Assembly (NCBI RefSeq): GCF_004010195.1
Contig: NC_057720.1
Location: 9,279,164 to 9,343,163, forward strand
Source of the DNA: Chiloscyllium plagiosum
Taxonomy: Eukaryota
DNA: 64,000 bases
Direction of reading: 5' to 3'
The notes beneath the pieces were generated by a model. That model did no database searches. It had not been told where the DNA came from and worked only from the letters and a program-made list of their open reading frames with translations. Within the stretch, counting starts at the first letter, position 1. Each line of letters begins with the position of its first letter. Both the position numbers and the translations under genes were made by a program. Shown here piece after piece: positions 61,091-64,000 of this stretch.

Positions 61091-61629
61091 ACTGTTCAAA
61101 GATGTGCAGGTAAGGTGGATTGGCCGTGCTAAATTGCCCCATAGTATTCAGGGATGGGCCGGCTAGCTGGATTAGCCATGGGAAATACAGGAATGGGCTG
61201 GGATGCTCTTCACAGGGTTGGTGTGGACTTGATGGGCTGAATGATCTGTTTCCACACTGTAGGGATTCGATGTCACTTGCCACTTGCCCACAGTTGGTCC
61301 AAGTCTTGCCACTTTTGAGTTTGAACTGCCTCCATCTTTGAGTTGTTGCTAATGGTGCTGAACGTTGTGCAAATCATTGGCAAACATCCCCATTCTTGCC
61401 TTTGTAATGGAGGGAGGCATTGCTGCGGTGGGTGAAAATGGTTGGAGCCAAGGACACTGCCCTGAAAAGGCTGGAAAAATCCCACATGCAAAGCATGAGC
61501 AATGATATGGGCCAGTTGGACTGATTGGCTTTCTTTCTACACTGTAGATTGTATGCAAATAATCAATCTAAATTGTTATTTTTAAAAAAAACTTGACTTT
61601 ACTTGCACCCACTACTTTCCTGGATATTA

Positions 61630-62045
61630 CCGTTAGTTGCATATTTTGACAATCCTCCATTTGGTTTTAATATTTAGCTCATTAATATAGATTAAAATGA
61701 ACAGAGGACTCTGCGGTGACCCCTGTGTCGGACTCCACTCAACACCTCCCCCTCCCATCTGCAGTCTAATATTACACCTCTTGTGAGCATTGGTGGTTTC
61801 CTGTTCTGTAACCAACGTATCATATTTCTCCTCAGGGCTCCTGCGGTTTTTTTTACTACTCAGCTTAGAAATCTTTGACGTGCACCTTTGTCAAGATCTT
61901 TCTGAGAATTCCAAATCAAGCACTTTGTTGGGCCTTTCACCGTCTACCTAATTTGTAACGTTCTCCCTAGAGAAGGTTTGACAGGCAGGATCTTCCTCTT
62001 GCAAATCCGTGCTGGCTGCTTCTCATTAAAGTTATTGCCTAGGTG
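61630..62045 (-). mobile_element. Old CR1-group RT fragment
   Basis: QGSPQSPLFILIYINEL remnant. Confidence 0.65.
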
Positions 62046-63137
62046 AAGTTTGTTGCCCTTTCTATAAAATGCAGCAGCTATGGTTAACTACTTCCAGCCC
62101 AACAAAAATCTCACTGGGAGTCCAATGGGGATCAGCATTCAGCATGTTTCTGCACTAATTTCCTCCAGCCACTGGGATAAGTGCCCAAAAGATGTGTTCT
62201 TCCTATGCCCCTCTTAAGATATCAGTTCTACATTGATTTTAGAACCAACTCGGATATTATTTGCATTTTTAAAAGTCAGATATCGTATCAGTCTATTCCT
62301 CATGAATTGAATTTATTGTCACGTGCATCAAGGCATAGTGAAAAGCTTTGTCTTGTGAGCAATACAGGTAGATCACAGAGTTAAGTAGCATAGATAGTAA
62401 ATAATAGGTAAACAGCGGCAAAAACAAAAACACAGGTACAGGCGAATGTGCCGAGTTTGTGAGTCCATTCACTATTCTAACAACAGCAGGGTAGAAACTG
62501 TTGTGAAACTGGCTGGTGTGTATGTTAAAATATTGATTCAATGGTACATCTACCTATCTTCAGAATGAACGTGTTTAATTTGTAGAATTGCTTCTCTCTA
62601 GATTCTTTCTTCTCACATAGAACAGAAACCAGTTGTCAACCTGACAACTTAACTTTAGTAAATTACTGAATTATTTCTCTCTTTCTGTCTCATATATAGT
62701 TTGCTCCTCTCTTCTTTCCATTTTAATCGCTTATGCTTTCATTTTGAAACTGTTTTTGCTTCATTTACATGTATTTTCCTTATGGCTACACATTGTTCCT
62801 GTGCATTTGTGTTGTTGGTTTAAAAGTGTGCCTGTTCTTTTCCTTCAACTGAGATATTTTGTTGGATAATTAATTCTTCATCCTATAAGTAGGTTTGTGC
62901 AATCAGAGACGATAATATGTTTAATAATTCACTTCATTTATTACCGACAGAACATTAATCTTAAACACTGTGGCATTAATATAAAACATCTTAACAAAGC
63001 ATGCAGATGAGTGCATGTTTGTCCTGTGCCCAAACCATTACATGCAACGCTGGAATAATAATAAATTGTGAAGATATCTTCTTTGTGTCTCTTCACAGCC
63101 TGGACATCAATAGGGCAATCTTGCCTCTGAGTCTTCG

Positions 63138-63452
63138 AATCCCTAAAGTGTGGAAGCAGACCATTCATGTCCACACTGACCTAAAGAGCCTTTCAACCCA
63201 ACCCAACCCACCCCAGTGAACCTGCATTCTACATGGCTGACCCACCTAGCCTGCACATCCTTGCACACTGTAAGCAATTTAGCCAATGCAACTAACCTGC
63301 ACATCTTTGGACTGTGGGTGGAAACCAGAGTAATCCCACTCAGAAATGGGGAGAACATGCAAACTCCATGTACATCATCACCCAAGGGTGGAATTGAACC
63401 CAGGTCCCTGGAACGTGAGGCAGCAGTGCTAATTACTTAGCCACTGTGCCGA
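63138..63452 (-). mobile_element. HE1-type SINE
   Basis: Head and V-domain on the minus strand. Confidence 0.88.
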
Positions 63453-63584
63453 CCAGGTCAAACAGTCATGGAATCACAGACCCACTCCAGGACATGAGCA
63501 TGCGATCATGCCTGGCACTCCAGTGCAGAACATACAACGTGCTGTACTGTTGGACATGCATTTTCTGATAGAGCTTTACAAAAT

Positions 63585-63938
63585 TAAGAAAGACCTGGAT
63601 AGAATCGATTGTTGGAGTTTTTTCTCAAGATAGAAATGTCAATTTTTAGGGATTGAAGGCAAAAGGAGAAAAGTTCAAAGGTGATGTGAGAGGCAAGTTT
63701 TCCACACCGAAGATTATAAATGTTTGGAATATGCTGCCAAAGCAGGTAGTAGAAGCAGATACAATAGCAATGTTTAAGAGGCATCTTGACATATGCATGA
63801 ATAGGCAGAGAATAGAGGGTTATGTACTGTGTGGAGGCAAAAGGTTTAGGCAATAGATTCGGAAGGTGTCATGCATGCAACTAGGCACAGCATGGTGGGC
63901 TGAAGGGCCTGTTCAGGTGCTATACTGTTCTTTGTTCT
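63585..63938 (+). mobile_element. CR1 LINE 3' end
   Basis: KGEKFKGDVRGKF...NVWNMLP; tail tactgttctttgttct. Confidence 0.85.
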
Positions 63939-64000
63939 TGGATGAAATGTTAACCTGAGAATCCATCAGCTTCTTAGGTGAATGTAAAAGTCAGATGACA

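Overview
This is eukaryotic, repeat-saturated, gene-poor (intronic or intergenic) DNA from a cartilaginous fish, most likely a shark. That is inferred from many HE1-type tRNA SINEs and their CR1-type partner LINEs. I found no host protein-coding gene I can support. Nearly all listed ORFs are decayed transposon frames or antisense shadows of them. Contents: many CR1 LINE fragments, HE1 and other tRNA SINEs, Rex1/Babar fragments, a Tigger-like MITE, two decayed Gypsy LTR elements plus solo or extra LTRs, and many Penelope-like (PLE) fragments carrying minimal hammerhead-ribozyme-like cores in three sequence families. The most unusual signal is that one position of the Gypsy LTR, just 3' of its TATA box (target about AACAGGAGTGT), has acted as a landing pad at two separate loci (44.7-46.6 kb and 53.6-55.8 kb). 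At each, 5-7 poly(A)-tailed inserts are stacked in one orientation, each bounded by a copy of the target. They include a tRNA-Val-headed SINE, a ~560-bp non-coding element present twice with the same 5' end, apparent 3' transductions and a possible cellular mRNA 3'-end retrocopy. This suggests a sequence-specific retrotransposition system that targets another transposon's LTR. Two locally templated inverted insertions are also visible. Coordinates were read by eye and TE boundaries are approximate.
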